Source of the DNA: Raja brachyura
Taxonomy: Eukaryota
NCBI GenBank assembly: GCA_963514005.1
Contig: OY740792.1
Coordinates: 61,566,001 to 61,630,000 of the forward strand
Direction of reading: 5' to 3'
Length of the DNA stretch: 64,000 nucleotides
Both the position numbers and the translations under genes were made by a program. Of the stretch, positions 13,216 through 25,199 are shown piece after piece. The notes under the pieces were generated by a model, which worked only from the letters and a program-made list of their open reading frames with translations, did not search any database and was not told the origin of the DNA. The first letter of the stretch is position 1. Each line of letters starts with the position of its first letter.

Positions 13216-15255
13216 TGAATATAAAGGAGGATAGTAAAAGCTTCTTTAGGTATGTGAAGAGGAAAAAAATTGTGAAGAACAAAGTTGGACCCTTGAAGAC
13301 TGAAAAAGGTGAATTTATTATGGGGAACAAGGAAATGGCAGATGATTGAACAGGTACTTTGGATCTGTCTTCACTAAGGAGGACACAAACAATTTCCCTG
13401 ATATAGTAGTGGCCAGAGGATCTGGGGTGACGCAGGAAATGGTGTTGGGTAGACTGATGGGACTGAAGGCTGATAAATCCCCAGGGCCTGATTGTCTGCA
13501 TCCCAGGGTACTTAAGGAAGTGGCTCTAGAAATCATGGATGCATTGGTGATAATTGTCCATTGTTTATAGACTCGGGATCCGTTCCTGTGGATTGGAGGG
13601 TAGCTAATGTTATCCCATTTTTTAAGGAAGGCGGGAGAGAGAAAGCAGGGAATTATAGACCAGTTAGCCTGACATCGGTAGTGGGGAAGAAGCTGGAGTC
13701 AATTTTAAAAGATGAAATAGCCGCACATTTGGATAGCAGTAACAGGATCGGTCCGAGTCAGCATGGATTTAGAAGGGGAAATCATGCTTGACTAATCTTC
13801 TGTAATTTTTTGAGGATGTAGCTAGGAAAATGGACAAGGGAGAGCCAGTGGATGTAGTGTACCTGGACTTACAGAAAGCATTTGATAAGGTCCCACATAG
13901 GAGATTATTGGGCAAAAGAGTAGGGATTAACGGGTCCCTTTCAGAATGGCAGGCAGTGACTAGTGGGGTACCGCAAGGCTCGGTGCAGGGACGGCAGCTA
14001 TTTACAATATACATCAATCATTTAGATGAAGGGATTCAAAGTACCATTAGCCAATTTGCAGATGACACAAAGCTGGGTGGCAGTGTGAACTGTGAGGAGG
14101 AGGCTATGAGAATGCAGGGTGACTTGGATAGGTTGGGTGAGTGGGCAGATGCATGGCAGATGAAGTTTAATGCGGATAAATGTGAGGTTATCCACTTTGG
14201 TGGCAAAATCAGGAAGGCAGATTACTATCTAAATGGTATCAAGTTGGGAAAAGGGGAAGTACAATGGGATCTGGGGATCCTTGCTCATCAGTCAATGAAA
14301 GTAAGCATGCAGGTACAGCAGGCAGTGAAGAAAGCGCATGGCATGTTGGCCTTCATAACAAGAGGAGTTGAGTATAGGAGCAAAGAGGTCCTTCTGCAGT
14401 TGTACAGGGCCCTAGTGAGATCACACCTGGAGTATTGTGTGCAGTTTTGGTCCTCAAATTTGAGGAAGGACATTCTTGCTATTGAGGGAGTGTAGAGTAG
14501 GTTCACAAGGTTAATTCCTGGGATTGCGAGACTGTCATATGCTGAGAGAATGGAGCGGCTGGGCTTGTATACTCTGGAATTTGGCATGTCGAAGAGGATT
14601 CTCCTAAACTTCTACAGGTGCACAGTAGAGAGCATTCTGACTGGTTGCATCGTGGCCTGGTTCAGCAATTTGAACGTCCAGGAGCGAAAAAGACTACACA
14701 AAGTTGTGACCACTGCCCAGTCCGTCACCAGCTTTGACCTCCCCACCGTCGAAGGGATCTATCATAGTCGCTGCCTCAAAAAGGCAGCCAAAATTCCCGG
14801 GATGGCGGTTAATTCCCAGGATGGCGGGACTGTCATATGTTGAGAGAATGGAGCAGCTGGGCTTGTATACTCTGGAATTTAGAAGGATGAGAGGGGATCT
14901 TATTGAAACATAAAAGATTTTTGAGGGTTTGGATACACTAGCGGCAGGAAACATGGTCCCGATGTTGGGGGAATCCAGAACCAGGGGCCACAGTTTAAGA
15001 ATAGGGCATTTAGAACGGAGATGAGCAAAAACTTTTTCACACAGAGTTGTGAGTCTGTGGAATTCTCTGCCGCAGAAGGCGGTGGAAGCCGGTTCTCTGG
15101 ACGCTTTCAAGCGAGAGCAGCGGAGTCAGGGGATATGGGGAGAAGGCAGGAACGGGGTACTGATTGTGGATGATCACCCGTGATCACATTGAATGGCGAT
15201 GCTGGCTCAAAGGGCCGAATGGCCTACTCCTACACCTATTGTCCATTGTCTATTG
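13216..15255 (+). mobile_element. CR1 ORF2 (RT) fragment interrupted by a Rex1/Babar-like piece
   Basis: KSPGPD, NYRPVSLTS, YLDLQKAFD, GVPQGS and FADD, followed by the 3' UTR. Confidence 0.92.
14582..14792 (+). mobile_element. Rex1/Babar-like LINE internal fragment
   Basis: LLNFYRCTVESILTGCIVAWF...KRLHKVVTTAQ motif. Confidence 0.7.
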
Positions 15256-16175
15256 CCTTACAGTGCTAGAGACCCGGGTTCGATCTCTCCGTGATCGGAG
15301 TGGGTTTTCTCCGAGATCTTCAGTTTCCTCCCACACTGCAAAGACGTACAGGTTTGTGGGTTAATTGGCTTTGGTAGAAATGTAAAATTGTCCTACTGTG
15401 TGTCGGATAGTGTTATTGTGTGGGTGGACTAGGACTGGTCGGTGCGGACTATATGGGTTGAAGGGCCTGTTTCCATGCTGTATCACTAAACTAAACTGGA
15501 ACGTGGAGAAAGATTGGCTCAGCAGATTGACGCAGGCCGAGCTCCATCCAGCGCCTCTTGAACCAACTCTACAAGTTGCGTAGTGAAAGGCCTGGATAGA
15601 GTGGGTGTGGAGAGGATGATTCCTTGAGGATGTCGGGGAGGGTGTATGTCGGGGAGATTAGACAGTGCCACAGCTAGAGCCAGAACATTGTCCAAGTATC
15701 AGTGGGTGCAGCATGGGTACATTACAGCTCTCCTCCCCACTCACTGGTGGGACACGCGTTATGCCCTCACACTCGGCCACAACGTTCAGAGTTGGTTCTG
15801 CTGGTTACAAATTACTCGAGCAAAGTCAGGACGCTTCACTTCCCCTGAACCTCGGTGAGTATCAGGTGTGACTCCGCTCCACCGCAAAAGCCGTCTGGAC
15901 CCGGGCTGCCTGAGTTGTCCGCGACCCAGCAACGGAGCCTCGCCTCGCCTCGCCTCTCCTCGCCTGTGTGAGTACTTCCCTCCACATTATCCCGGACACG
16001 TTCCCAGCACCAGGGCAAGGGCAGGTCGGGAGGTGTTTGGGCCAATTCCAAAGGCACGGCTGGCTGGGTGAATCACTGATCACCGCATCGATCGGCTTTG
16101 GTGATGAGGGAGCGTTGATGTTCATCTCGCCAGTCAAATAATGGGTGACATAAGCAATGAGGGCACACACACAAT

Positions 16176-16752
16176 NNNNNNNNNNNNNNNNNNNNNNNNN
16201 NNNNNNNNNNNNNNNNNNNNNNNNNNNNNNNNNNNNNNNNNNNNNNNNNNNNNNNNNNNNNNNNNNNNNNNNNNNNNNNNNNNNNNNNNNNNNNNNNNNN
16301 NNNNNNNNNNNNNNNNNNNNNNNNNNNNNNNNNNNNNNNNNNNNNNNNNNNNNNNNNNNNNNNNNNNNNNNNNNNNNNNNNNNNNNNNNNNNNNNNNNNN
16401 NNNNNNNNNNNNNNNNNNNNNNNNNNNNNNNNNNNNNNNNNNNNNNNNNNNNNNNNNNNNNNNNNNNNNNNNNNNNNNNNNNNNNNNNNNNNNNNNNNNN
16501 NNNNNNNNNNNNNNNNNNNNNNNNNNNNNNNNNNNNNNNNNNNNNNNNNNNNNNNNNNNNNNNNNNNNNNNNNNNNNNNNNNNNNNNNNNNNNNNNNNNN
16601 NNNNNNNNNNNNNNNNNNNNNNNNNNNNNNNNNNNNNNNNNNNNNNNNNNNNNNNNNNNNNNNNNNNNNNNNNNNNNNNNNNNNNNNNNNNNNNNNNNNN
16701 NNNNNNNNNNNNNNNNNNNNNNNNNNNNNNNNNNNNNNNNNNNNNNNNNNNN
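16176..16752. other. Assembly gap (others at 18286-18413, 33933-34072 and 46159-46366)
   Basis: Runs of N. Confidence 1.
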
Positions 16753-17347
16753 ACACACACACAATGCTGGTGTAACTCACACACAATGCTGGAGTAATAG
16801 ATAATACACAATAGGTGCAGGAGGAGGCCATTCGGCCCTTCGAGCCAGCACTGCCATTCAATGTGATTATGGCTGATCATCCCCAATCAGTACCCCGTTC
16901 CTGCCTTCTCCCCATATCCCCTGACTCCGCTATGTTTAAGAGCCCCATCTAGCTCTCTCTTGAAAGTATCCAGAGAACCGGCCTCCACCGCCCTCTGAGG
17001 CAGAGAATTCCACAGACTCACCACTCACACACACACAATGCTGGAGTAACTCGCACACAGTTAACTCTTTCTCTCTCTCTCACACACACAATGCTGGAGT
17101 ATAACTCACACACGCACACACAATGCTGGAGTAACTCAGCGGGACAGGCAGCATCTCCGGAGAGAAGGAATGATGATGTATCGGGTCGAGACCCTTCCTC
17201 AGACTACTATCCAGAGATGCTGCCTGTCCCGCTGAGTTACTCCAGCATTTCGTCTATCTTTAAACCAGCAACTGGGCTTCCTTCCCCCACTAAGCTTCCG
17301 TGTCCTCATTGTTCCCCTCTCTGTGTCTTCTCCAGACCTCGGCTGCA

Positions 17348-17405
17348 ATGTCACCGCTGGCAAATCCGCTCATTCTCGTTCTACTGCACTCCCTCCTCGG
17401 TGAAG
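17348..17405 (+). CDS. Leader (signal peptide) exon of the V-C1 IgSF receptor: MSPLANPLILVLLHSLLGE-G
   Basis: Pyrimidine tract plus tccag acceptor ending at 17335; GCAATG start at 17348; hydrophobic 19-aa peptide; GAAG|gtaaga donor in phase 1, matching the V exon. Confidence 0.8.
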
Positions 17406-19131
17406 GTAAGAACTTGTGCTCCCTCACCTCATTTATACACGCCAGACCCTGCTGTTGCTCAGCCTCACGCATAGACTGGCCGAGTCCCCGCGCTCTCTCT
17501 CTCTCTCCCTGCCTGCCCGCCTGCACTCCAGCTAATAGATCCAGGCTGGTAGAATGACCAAGGATCCCCGTCACCCCCGCACTAAAGCAGAGGCAAGTTT
17601 GGTCCGTCGCTGGCCCGTGGCTGTGGTGACTCATTCACCAGATGGACGTGGCATCGACTGGCCGCTGATTTATTTCAAGAGGACTAATGTGGCAATAATC
17701 TGTGTATTTGCACTTTATCAGTTTAATTATTCATGTGTGTATATATTTATGCAATGGTATATGGACACACTGATCTGTTCTGTATTCACCGCTACTATGT
17801 TCTGGTGTGCGAATGCGAAGCAAGAATGTCATTATCCTATCAGGGACACCTGGCAATAAAACTCTCGTGAACTCTCTTGAACTCTTGAAATGCAATATTA
17901 GCATTTATTCCAGGAGTGCCAGAATATAAAAACAGGGATGTAGTGCGGATGCTTTATAAGGCACTGATCAAACTGCAATTTTGTGAGCAATTTGGGGGTT
18001 CATATCTGAGGAAAGATGGTTACACAAAAAGCTGGAGAAACTCAGCGGGTGCAGCAGCATCTAAGGAGCGAAGGAGATAGGCGACGTTTCGGGTCGAGAC
18101 CCTTATTCTGAGGAAAGATGTGCTGGCTCCGGAGAGGGTCAAGTCGAGAGCGTTTTATTGTCATATGTCCCACCTAGAACAATGACCTGCAGCAGCACAA
18201 CAGCATATGTAAACAAAGTACACTGTAGACAAAATAATAACCGCGAGGGACAAAAGGTTCAGTGTGTATATATACACATACAAGTNNNNNNNNNNNNNNN
18301 NNNNNNNNNNNNNNNNNNNNNNNNNNNNNNNNNNNNNNNNNNNNNNNNNNNNNNNNNNNNNNNNNNNNNNNNNNNNNNNNNNNNNNNNNNNNNNNNNNNN
18401 NNNNNNNNNNNNNATAAATAGTGCAATAATAATAATAATATTGCAGTTCCGAGCTTATTTGAGGATGTTTACAAGAATGATCACAGGAATTAGTAGGTTA
18501 ACATATGAGAAGCGTTTGTCGGCACAGGGGGCCTATGCGCATTGGAGTTTAGAAAGATTGGGGGGGGGGGGGGGGGGAAGATAGTGAAAGGCTTGGATAG
18601 AGTGGATGTGGAGGGGATGTTTCCACTAGTGGGAGAGTCTAGGACCAGAGGGCACAGCCTCAGAATAAAAGGGCGCACCTTTAGTGAGGAGGGATTTCTT
18701 CAGTCAGAGGGTGGTGAATCTGTGGAAGCCATTACCACAGAGGACTGTGGAGGCCAAGTCACTGGGTATTTTTAAAGTGGAGATTGACAGGGTGTCAGGG
18801 ATCGCTTGCACTGTGTACCTTCCCCTTTGCTCTACCTATTGTACTTGAGTTAGGCTTAATTGTATTGATGTGTAGGAAGGAACTGCAGATGCTGGTTGAA
18901 ACCGAAGATAGACACAAAAAGCTGGAGTAACTCAGCGGGACAGGCAGCGTCTCTGGAGGGAAGTAATAGGTGCCGTTTCAGGTCGAGAAAAATGGTCTCG
19001 CTGAGTTGCTCTCGCATTTTTGTGTCTATCTTAATTATATTTATGTTGAATGCTACCTGGTGTGATTGGATAGCATGCAAAACAAAGAGACCTCTTTCCT
19101 CGGGTAACACTCATTCTGTCATTATCCCAAG

Positions 19132-19500
19132 GGAAATACCAAAGGCTGACGGTGTCACAGACTCCAACCTCGATATTTGCACTGAGGGGCCAGACCGTGA
19201 AGATAAGCTGTTCCTTCAGCCATGAAAACTACGAGCAAGTGTGGATCAAATGGGAACGCAGTAATAATTCTGCCCAGAGGCTTTGTGACTACACGTTCAA
19301 CAGATCGAAAGCAAATTATACGCAGAAGGATTGTACGCGACGTACCGACATAATGCTGGACCTCACAACAAGCTCGTTCATACTAACAATCTCCAACCTC
19401 CAACTCAACGATTCTGACATCTATCTCTGCCGGATGTCCCTTGAAATACCCCCTCCTGTTCAAATAGTCGAGGGTAACTCGACCAACCTGACCGTGGAAG
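19132..19500 (+). CDS. IgV (VJ-type) exon of a CD28H/TMIGD2-like (CD28/NKp30-family) receptor
   Basis: cccaag| acceptor, GAAG|gtgagt donor, phase 1-1. Reads LTVSQTP...VKISCSF...WIKW...LCDY-x-KDC...LTISNLQLNDSDIYLC-RMSLEIPPPVQIVEGNSTNLTVE: canonical B/F Cys, Trp, DxxxYxC, an extra C'-D Cys pair and a J-like G strand. Confidence 0.9.
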
Positions 19501-19749
19501 GTGAGTGGCGAGGCAAGGGAAGGCCAGCATGAGTAGCAGGGATGCTGTGTGGTTAGATGCTCTTTTGTGTATTTCCAGCTAGTTGGCTCCCGGAGTCCAC
19601 TGGCCCCCATCCACGGACACCCTGGTCCACAGATCACCCACTGTCAGCGTTACGTTTATTCCAGTCACTTGCACAGAGGTACGAGCGAGAAAACGTTGTT
19701 TGCAATGATGTCCAAACAGATGACATAGATACAACCAAGTGAGTAATGT

Positions 19750-20800
19750 CGGAGAGTAATGATGGATGGCTGTTTGTCAGGTTGAAAGCCGGTGACCAGT
19801 GGGCTGCCTCAGGGATCTGCGTTGGGTCCACTGTTGTTTGTCATGTAGATCAATGATCTGGATGATGGGATGGAAAATTGGATAAGTAAGTATGCAGATG
19901 ATACTAAGATAGGCGGTGTTGTGGATAATGAAGTAGATTTTCAAAGTCTACAGAGAGATTGGGGCCATTTGGAAAAGTGGGCTGAAAGATGGCAGATGGA
20001 GTTTAATGCTGATAAGTGTGAGGTGCTACACCTTGGCAGGACAAATCAAAATAGGACGTACATGGTAAATGGTAGGGTATTGAGGAATGCTGCGGAACAG
20101 AGGGATCTAGGAATAACTGTGCATAGTTCCCTGAAGGTGGAATCGCATGTAGATAGGGTGGTAAAGAAAGCTTTTGGTGTGCCGGCCTTTATAAATCAGA
20201 GCATTGAATATAGGAGTAGGGAAGTAATGTTAAAATTGTACAAGGCATTGGTAAGACCAATTCTGGAGTATGGTGTACAATTTTCATCGCCTAATTATAG
20301 GAAGGATGTCAACAAAATAGAGAGAGTACAGAGGAGATTTACTGGAATGTTGCCTGGGTTCCAGCAACTAAGTTACAGAGAAATGTTGAACAAGTTAGGT
20401 CTTTATTCTTTGGAGCGCAGAAGGTTAAGGGGGAACTTGATTGAGGTCTTTAAAATGATGAAAGGGATAGACAGAGTTGACGTGGATAAGCTTTTCCCAT
20501 TGAGGGTAGGGAAGATTCAAACAAGAGGGCATGCATGAGAATTAAAGGACAGAAGTTTATGGGGTAACATGAGGGGGAACTTCTTTACTCAGAGAGTGGT
20601 GGCTGTGTGGAATGATCTTCCTGCAGAAGTGGTGGAGGCAGGATCGATTTTAACATTTAAAAGTAAAGTGGATAGGTATATGGACGGGAAGGGAATGGAG
20701 GGGTATGGTCTGAATGCAGGTAGATGGGATTAGGGGAAAATAAATGGTCGGCACGGACTGGAAGGGCCGAGAGGGCCCGTTTCCCTGCTGTAATTGTTAT
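19750..20800 (+). mobile_element. CR1 3' part (young subfamily) in the V-C1 intron
   Basis: YADDTKIGG...RPILEYGVQF...TRGH plus 3' UTR. Confidence 0.92.
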
Positions 20801-21621
20801 ATGTTAAAATTTAAATTTGTTAAAATTGTTTTAAATGTTAAAATTGTACAAGGCATTGGTAAGACCAATTCTGGAGTATGGTGTGTGTATATATGGTTAA
20901 GTGGAACTCAAGTACATGAGCGGCAGAGGTGGCACAGCGGTAGAGCTGCTGCCACACAGCGCCAGGGGTCTGGGTTCGATCCTGACTACGGCTGCTGTCT
21001 GTACGGAGTTTGTATTTTCACCCCGTGACTGCATGGGTTTTCTCCGAGATGTTTGGTTTCATCCCACACTCCAAAGACGTACGGGTTAATTGGCTTGGTG
21101 TAAATTGTCCCTAGTTTGAGTAGGATAGTGCTAGTGTGATGGGTGATCACTCGGTGGGCTGAAGGGCCTGTTTCCGTGTTGTATCTCCAAGTGGCTGCGG
21201 AGACGAAGTTATTGGGCATTTTTAGAGTGCAGGTTGGTTCTTGTCACGAATACAGAGTACAGTCTAGTTCTCAGCATTGTAGAGCGTCAGCTCCAGATAC
21301 AAACTCCACTGGCCACAGTGGGTTAGAGGGCAGCTCCTCGCAGAGGCTGACTCAACTGATCGGACATCCCCAGTGTATTAGTTTTATTTCTGATTTTTGA
21401 TCGAGGGTAGACAAAAATACTGGAGAAACTCAGCGGGTGAGGCAGCATCTATGGAGTGAAGGAAATGGGCAACGTTTCGGGTCACGACCCTTCTTCAGAA
21501 AGTCTTTCTGTTGGGCACAAGGTAAAGGTCGCAGTTGGTGCAGCCATTGGGAATATTGCGAGCAGTGTGGGGCGATGGATGGATGGAAGGGATGTATTCT
21601 TGTTTTGCCCTTGACCCACAG

Positions 21622-21927
21622 CTCGTCCGCAGGTCTGGGTGAGGGCGGAGCCCGTGTCCACCCCGACCCAGGGGGTCCGGCTCACCTGCACGTCGCTGGA
21701 CTTCTACCCCAGCCCCATCCAAGTGTCCTGGTTCACGGACGGACACCAGCTCACCAACGGGACGGAGACCGGGCCCCTCACCCCCAACCCCGACGGCTCC
21801 TTCTCCATCTCCAGCTTTCTGAACCTCAACCTCACCGCCTGGGGCCAGGGTGGAGACTACACCTGCCAGGTGAACCACTCCACGCTCCACACTCCCATCA
21901 GACAACACATTTCTGTGCACTACCCAG
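21622..21927 (+). CDS. Ig C1-set exon of the same receptor
   Basis: cccacag| acceptor, CCAG|gtaaga donor, 306 nt, phase 1-1. Motifs LTCTSLDFYPSPIQVSW, PNPDGSFSISSFL and YTCQVNHSTL are C1-set hallmarks. Confidence 0.92.
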
Positions 21928-22064
21928 GTAAGAGCAGCAGGGACAGGTGTGCTCACCTATTCCAGTGGTGCACATCCACCAATCAAGGACAATGGTGGTG
22001 GGCAGCAGATGGTTCCGCTGGCTGCTTCTGTCCTGCAGATGTGATGTTCCACCTCTTGCCCACC

Positions 22065-22785
22065 TATAACCATATAACAATTATAGCACGGAAACAGGAC
22101 TTCTCAGCCCTTCCAGTCCGTGCCGAACATTTATTTTCCCCTAGTCCCATCTACCTGCACTCAGACCATACCCCTCCATTCCCTTCCCGTCCATATACCT
22201 ATCCACTTTACTTTTAAATGTTAAAATCGATCCTGCCTCCACCACTTCTGCTGGAAGCTCATTCCACACAGCCACCACTCTCTGAGTAAAGAGGTTCCCC
22301 CTCATGTTACCCCTAAACTTCTGTCCCTTAATTCTCATGCATGCCCTCTTGTTTGAATCTTTCCTACCCTCAATGGGAAAAGCTTATCCACGTCAACTCT
22401 GTCTATCCCTTTCATCATTTTAAAGACCTCAATCAAGTCCCCCCTTAACCTTCTGCGCTCCAAAGAATAAAGACCTAACTTGTTCAACCTTTCTCTGTAA
22501 CTTAGTTGCTGGAACCCAGGCAACATTCTAGTAAATCTCCTCTGTACTCTTTCTATTTTGTTGACATCCTTCCTATAATTAGGCGACGAAAATTGTACAC
22601 CATACTCCAGAATTGGTCTCACCAATGCCTTGTACAATTTTAACTTCCCTAATCCTATATTCAATGCTCTGATTTATAAAGGCCAGCACACCAAAAGCTT
22701 TCTTTACCACCCTATCTACATGCGATTCCACCTTCAGGGAACTATGCACAGTTATTCCTAGATCCCTCTGTTCCACAGCATTCCT
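22065..22785 (-). mobile_element. CR1 3' part, same subfamily, inverted, in the C1-TM intron
   Basis: Near-identical reverse complement of about 20085-20800. Confidence 0.92.
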
Positions 22786-23425
22786 GTCTGGCTACGTCTG
22801 AAACTGCCCCCGTCCCCCGAGCCTCCTCTCCCCGCTTATAGCATCACCCCACACCGTCCCCGAGCTTCTCAAGATCTAGGAGCCATTCGGCCCATCAACT
22901 CAACTCCGCCATTCGATCATGGCTGATCTATCTTTCCAGCTCAGTCCCATTCTCCTGCCTTCACCACATAACCCCTGACGCCTTTAGGTTCAATTACTAT
23001 TCAGTAGTGGGGAAGTATAGGACCAGAGGGCTCAGTCTCAGAATAAAACAAGGTGCCTTTAGAGAGGAATTTATTTAGCTATAGGTTGGTGAATCTGTGG
23101 GAGTGGAGATGGCAGAGGAGGCCGAGTCATTGGGTATTTTTAACATGGTGATTGCAAGGTTCCTGATTAGAACTGGTATGATGGGGGGTATGAAGCGAAG
23201 GCAGGAGAATGGTGTTGAGTGGGAAAGATAGATCAGCCGTGATTGAATGGCAGAGTAGACTTGATGGGCCAAATGGCCTAATCCTGTTCCTGTGCCTTAT
23301 GGTCCTATATCACAACCTTCGCAACATAATGAACATACAAATCAATGTACAGACAGAGGAACAATGTTATATCGGTGTCTGATCAGTGGATAATTATGCT
23401 ATGCCTTATCACTACATTTTTATAG

Positions 23426-23521
23426 GCAAAGAAAATATTATTTGTGCGATAGGAAGAGTCACAGTCTTAGCTGCGGCAATGCTGATTGTGATGGCATCAC
23501 TTGTTTTGTATTTCAAACGCA
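23426..23521 (+). CDS. Transmembrane exon: GKENIICAIGRVTVLAAAMLIVMASLVLYFKR
   Basis: tttttatag| acceptor, A|gtaagt donor, 96 nt, phase 1-1, open in the expected frame; hydrophobic helix followed by KR stop-transfer residues. Confidence 0.85.
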
Positions 23522-24176
23522 GTAAGTATTCTTTCTCATTTAATTAACTTATTGTTTTAAAACAAAGATTTCAGACATTTCATTTTTTTATGTTTGAGTT
23601 GCTGGTTGTTTCGGGAAGATATCACCGTGATGGGTTGTACAGGAAATAATTAATCACTCTGAATAACAGTTCCAAAACTGGGCTGGATCAATGAACATGA
23701 TCAGATGTAAAGTCTAACTGATCAACAGGGGATTAATGATGATGGCGTGTTGCGTGTTGCCATTTAGCCGGAGGTTGTGCGGTTGAGTTGGTCTTCATGG
23801 GAAAGCGGAATAAATCAGGGAACAAGATCAGTACAGCACAGGAACGGGCCCTTCGGCCCACAATGTCTGTGCCGGACTTGATGCCCAGTTAAACTGATCT
23901 CATGTGCCCCTCCGTACATGATTCATACCCCTCTATTTCCCGCACTTCAATGTGCCTTTCTAAAAGCCTCTTAAACGCCACTGTTGTATCTGCTTCCACC
24001 TCCACCCCTGGCAGTGTGTTCCAGGGCCTCACCACTCTGTGTAAAAAACAAACGCCCCGCACCTCTCCATTCCGACCGCACCTACAAGCGATGTCCACAA
24101 GCGATGTTGGGCATTTCCACCCTGGGGAAAGGTTTCTGACGTTCTCCACCATCCATGCTTCTCATTCTACACACAG

Positions 24177-24259
24177 GGAAAGCTGCCAGAAAGGCTGGTG
24201 TGTTGCAAGGAAACAGTCTGCGTCACGATTCTCTGCGACTCGAAGCCGGCTCAAGAAAC
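24177..24259 (+). CDS. Probable cytoplasmic exon: RKAARKAGVLQGNSLRHDSLRLEAGSRN
   Basis: ctacacacag| acceptor, AAC|gtgagt donor, open in phase 1 to 0, basic juxtamembrane start. Confidence 0.6.
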
Positions 24260-24913
24260 GTGAGTTGATCTGCTCGTCAGTTGGCTATTTTTTTCTCACA
24301 CTCATTTCATGAGAGCAAATGTATTCTGTAAATCACATTTTGGGGTGGTGATTTGTGAATTTGGGAGCAGCAAATACACCTCACATTAAGCCATTGCACT
24401 GGGGCCACCTGTACTTGAAGAGGCTTCACAGCGTCAGGGACCCGGTTTCGATCCTGACCTTGTGTGCCTTCTGAACGGAGTTTGCACGTTCTCCCTGTGA
24501 CCACTCCGGGTGCTCCGGTTTGCTCCCAAAGACATGCTGGCAGTGAATTGGGTGCGGTGATGGCCAAAGACTTCCCGGGCCATTGATGGGTGCAGAAGTT
24601 GTAGATATGCAGGAAATGTCCTGGACCCCCATCGATCTCATTGAAGACCTTTGAACAATCTTTAATTTGACTTGAATCAGACTTCAATGTTATATCTTTA
24701 CACAGAATATTGTTCCCTTTATCCGCGCGCTGTGAACAGCTTATTTGTAATCATTTATAGTCTTTTCTTTGACTGGATAGCAGGCAAACGACAGCTTTTC
24801 ACTGTTCCTCGGTACAAGTGACAGTAATAAACTAAAATAAATAAACTTAACAATGTCATTTAATGTCATTTGACAGTTGTTCTTACCAAGTGAGGACACA
24901 TATCTAAGTAGTT

Positions 24914-25199
24914 AATATAATATAATTATTATCATATAATAATTTTACCCATGAGATAAAATTATCTCCCATATTAAATGTTTGCAATACTTTAAATAGA
25001 TATTGCCATTCTACTTGATCAAAAACTTTTTCCGCATCCAGTGAAATAATTGCTAAGTCTTCCTCTTCAGTTTTATGCGAGTACATTATATTAAACAGCC
25101 GTCTCAAATTGTTGAATGAGTATATCATGGGTATAAACCCCGTTTGATCTGCATTTATTAGTTTGCTAACATATTTACTCAATCTTCTCGCTAGGGTCA
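24914..25199 (-). mobile_element. L1/Tx1 ORF2 RT internal fragment
   Basis: LARRL...DQTGFIP...NLRRLFNI...ISLDAEKVFDQVEW. Confidence 0.85.

Noticed and set aside
15830-15860. Possible non-coding first exon donor (ctcg|gtgagt) with an ETS-like cacttcccc motif for the receptor gene
   Set aside because: Plausible because the leader exon has an acceptor, but short motifs alone are insufficient.
15862-16886. ORFs of 200-300 aa
   Set aside because: They run through N gaps.
19132-21927. Rearranging Ig/TCR V and C segments
   Set aside because: V and J-like strand are in one exon with no RSS, and a single-copy leader-V-C1-TM-tail layout indicates a non-rearranging gene.
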